DNA of 26,674 bases from a virus (taxonomy: Duplodnaviria; Caudoviricetes): positions 1-26,674 of IMG/VR virus record IMGVR_UViG_3300025000_000376; one strand, given 5' to 3'. The translations under genes and the position numbers were made by a program. A model generated the notes under the pieces. That model was given only the letters and a program-made list of their open reading frames with translations. It had not been told where the DNA came from and ran no database searches. Below, in pieces: positions 25,550 to 26,674 of the stretch (position 1 is the first letter of the stretch; each line of letters opens with the position of its first letter).

Positions 25550-25661
25550 CCTGGAACTTAAAAGTAGGGGGTGATTTTTACTCTTGGGCACATTCTATTG
25601 CCCCCTACTTCTAGGTCCTAGTGTTTTGTCGCCAAACGGCAGCTCGGCAAGTGCTGGGCTG
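25548..25661 (+). other. Structured intergenic region (two hairpins)
   Basis: GACCTGG..AAGTAGGGGG / CCCCCTACTT-CTAGGTC (25548-25617); CAGCTCGGC/GCTGGGCTG (25640-25661). Confidence 0.5.
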
Positions 25662-25676
25662 TGCGGGGTTTAAATT

Positions 25677-26018
25677 ATGCCGTCATACCTTATAAGAAAA
25701 GCAAAAGCACTTGAAAACTTAAAAGAACACCTGGAAAGGATGGGGGAAGATCCTTCGTACTTTCCGGCCATAAGGATGGTCGCCGGTAAAGCGATAGATT
25801 TTTATATGTGCGGTAACCGAAGATGTCCGAAGTGCCACGCGCTTGTAAGTAATTATAGTAAGTCGGGACTTTGCAAAAAGTGCTACAACAAGCTTTATAT
25901 GAGGAAAAGAAGAAAAGACGGGGAATTTGCCCGGATAGAAAGGTTAAAGATGCGCCAAAGAAGAAGGTTAGAAAGATTATTTGGTTTGAACGAACTAAGG
26001 AAAGCGAGGGGAAGATGA
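25677..26018 (+). CDS. Basic hypothetical protein with zinc finger
   Basis: CPKC...GLCKKC, Arg/Lys-rich C-terminus. Confidence 0.65.
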   Translation: MPSYLIRKAKALENLKEHLERMGEDPSYFPAIRMVAGKAIDFYMCGNRRCPKCHALVSNYSKSGLCKKCYNKLYMRKRRKDGEFARIERLKMRQRRRLERLFGLNELRKARGR

Positions 26019-26173
26019 AAATAAAAAAGACGCTATTTTCAACCGAAATAGAGTTTAGTGATAACGAGTTTCAAGCAATCCGTGACCAGAACCCTTTTGA
26101 TATATGGTTCCCGTTATTTAGATGGTTAAACGAAAACTTTGGTTTTAAGTTCTTTGAGAAAGGTAAGAAATGA
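26015..26173 (+). CDS. Hypothetical protein
   Basis: ATGA overlap with the upstream stop; MKIKKTLFSTEIEF... Confidence 0.55.
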   Translation: MKIKKTLFSTEIEFSDNEFQAIRDQNPFDIWFPLFRWLNENFGFKFFEKGKK

Positions 26174-26250
26174 CCAAACAAGAATATAGACAAGCGGTAG
26201 AAGAAATAAGATGGTACACAAAGTTCAAGTTGGGAAAGGAAGCAAAATGA
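26170..26250 (+). CDS. 26-aa peptide
   Basis: MTKQEYRQAVEEIRWYTKFKLGKEAK*, ATGA-coupled at both ends. Confidence 0.45.
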   Translation: MTKQEYRQAVEEIRWYTKFKLGKEAK

Positions 26251-26414
26251 AAATAATACTTTATCCTATTTGCTTTGGGATAGGGTTACTTGAAACCTTA
26301 CACGCCTATCTTGTAAATGTTGCTAATTGGGGTTTTTGGTTTAGCGGACACGATTATTACGAACAGGAAGACGGAAGTCTTAAATGTAATGTCTGCGGAA
26401 AGGAGTCAAAATGA
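26247..26414 (+). CDS. Hypothetical protein
   Basis: ATGA coupling; GHDY...KCNVCGK. Confidence 0.5.
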   Translation: MKIILYPICFGIGLLETLHAYLVNVANWGFWFSGHDYYEQEDGSLKCNVCGKESK

Positions 26415-26674
26415 ACCTACAAGAATATAAACAGAAAGTAGAGGAGATAATGGACATAGTACCAAACTTCAGGGTGGCGAAATATGGTGGAGATGTGATT
26501 GACAAAAACACGATAGTTGACGAACTCGTATCTTTATATGAGGAAGTACCGGGATTCCCGGCAACGGGTAAAAATAAGGCGATTCCCGGTAACGGGGGTG
26601 TTAGTAAACCCGACCAAAGATTTAGTGATTTCAAAGAGTTCTTGGCAGACAACTGCTACGACCTCAAGAAGTTC
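26411..26674 (+). CDS. Hypothetical protein (partial, runs off the window)
   Basis: ATG 26411, open frame MNLQEYKQKVEEIMDIV... to the window end. Confidence 0.55.
   Translation, partial: MNLQEYKQKVEEIMDIVPNFRVAKYGGDVIDKNTIVDELVSLYEEVPGFPATGKNKAIPGNGGVSKPDQRFSDFKEFLADNCYDLKKF

Noticed and set aside
19-26652. Minus-strand and nested alternative-frame ORFs in the track (e.g. 9164..9523, 11912..12229, 19873..20304, 19563..19844)
   Set aside because: They overlap well-supported + strand genes, show no family motifs and look like shadow ORFs
1-26674. CRISPR array, tRNA or rRNA genes
   Set aside because: No regularly spaced direct repeats or cloverleaf with T-loop consensus seen by eye; tRNAscan and CRISPR finders were not run
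1-26674. Stop-codon reassignment (code 15 or 25)
   Set aside because: Long conserved genes are intact in code 11, and TAA, TAG and TGA all end genes at sensible coupled junctions

Overview
This window is part of a tailed dsDNA phage or prophage genome, probably podovirus-like. Nearly all genes are on the + strand and read in genetic code 11. Order: end of a probable scaffold gene; an N4-gp56-type major capsid protein; a separately promoted ~6.2 kb glycan operon (NAD-dependent epimerase, split minimal transketolase with a GroES co-chaperonin between its halves, two FkbM methyltransferases, three glycosyltransferases); putative ejection proteins, including a 1393-aa polyvalent protein with an HExxH metallopeptidase-like domain; head-tail adaptor, nozzle, tail fibre and LamG proteins; a lysis module (Amidase_3 plus membrane proteins); a metallophosphoesterase cassette; then an early/recombination region (HNH, Cro-like HTH, PD-(D/E)XK exonuclease, SSB-like, NinG). 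The strongest unexplained signal is a non-coding cassette found three times (7586-7687, 13038-13129, 15954-16051). Each copy has a sigma70-type promoter, ATCTTT at the predicted +1, a covarying hairpin, CAGAC, and an intrinsic terminator closing in GTCT-T(n)-ATT, and each sits directly before a virion gene module. This looks like a shared attenuation/antitermination leader or a small-RNA family. The second is the capsid-adjacent glycan pathway, a candidate virion-glycosylation system. All protein family calls come from recognising motifs by eye, and all RNA structures from manual base-pairing; no searches or folding programs were run.
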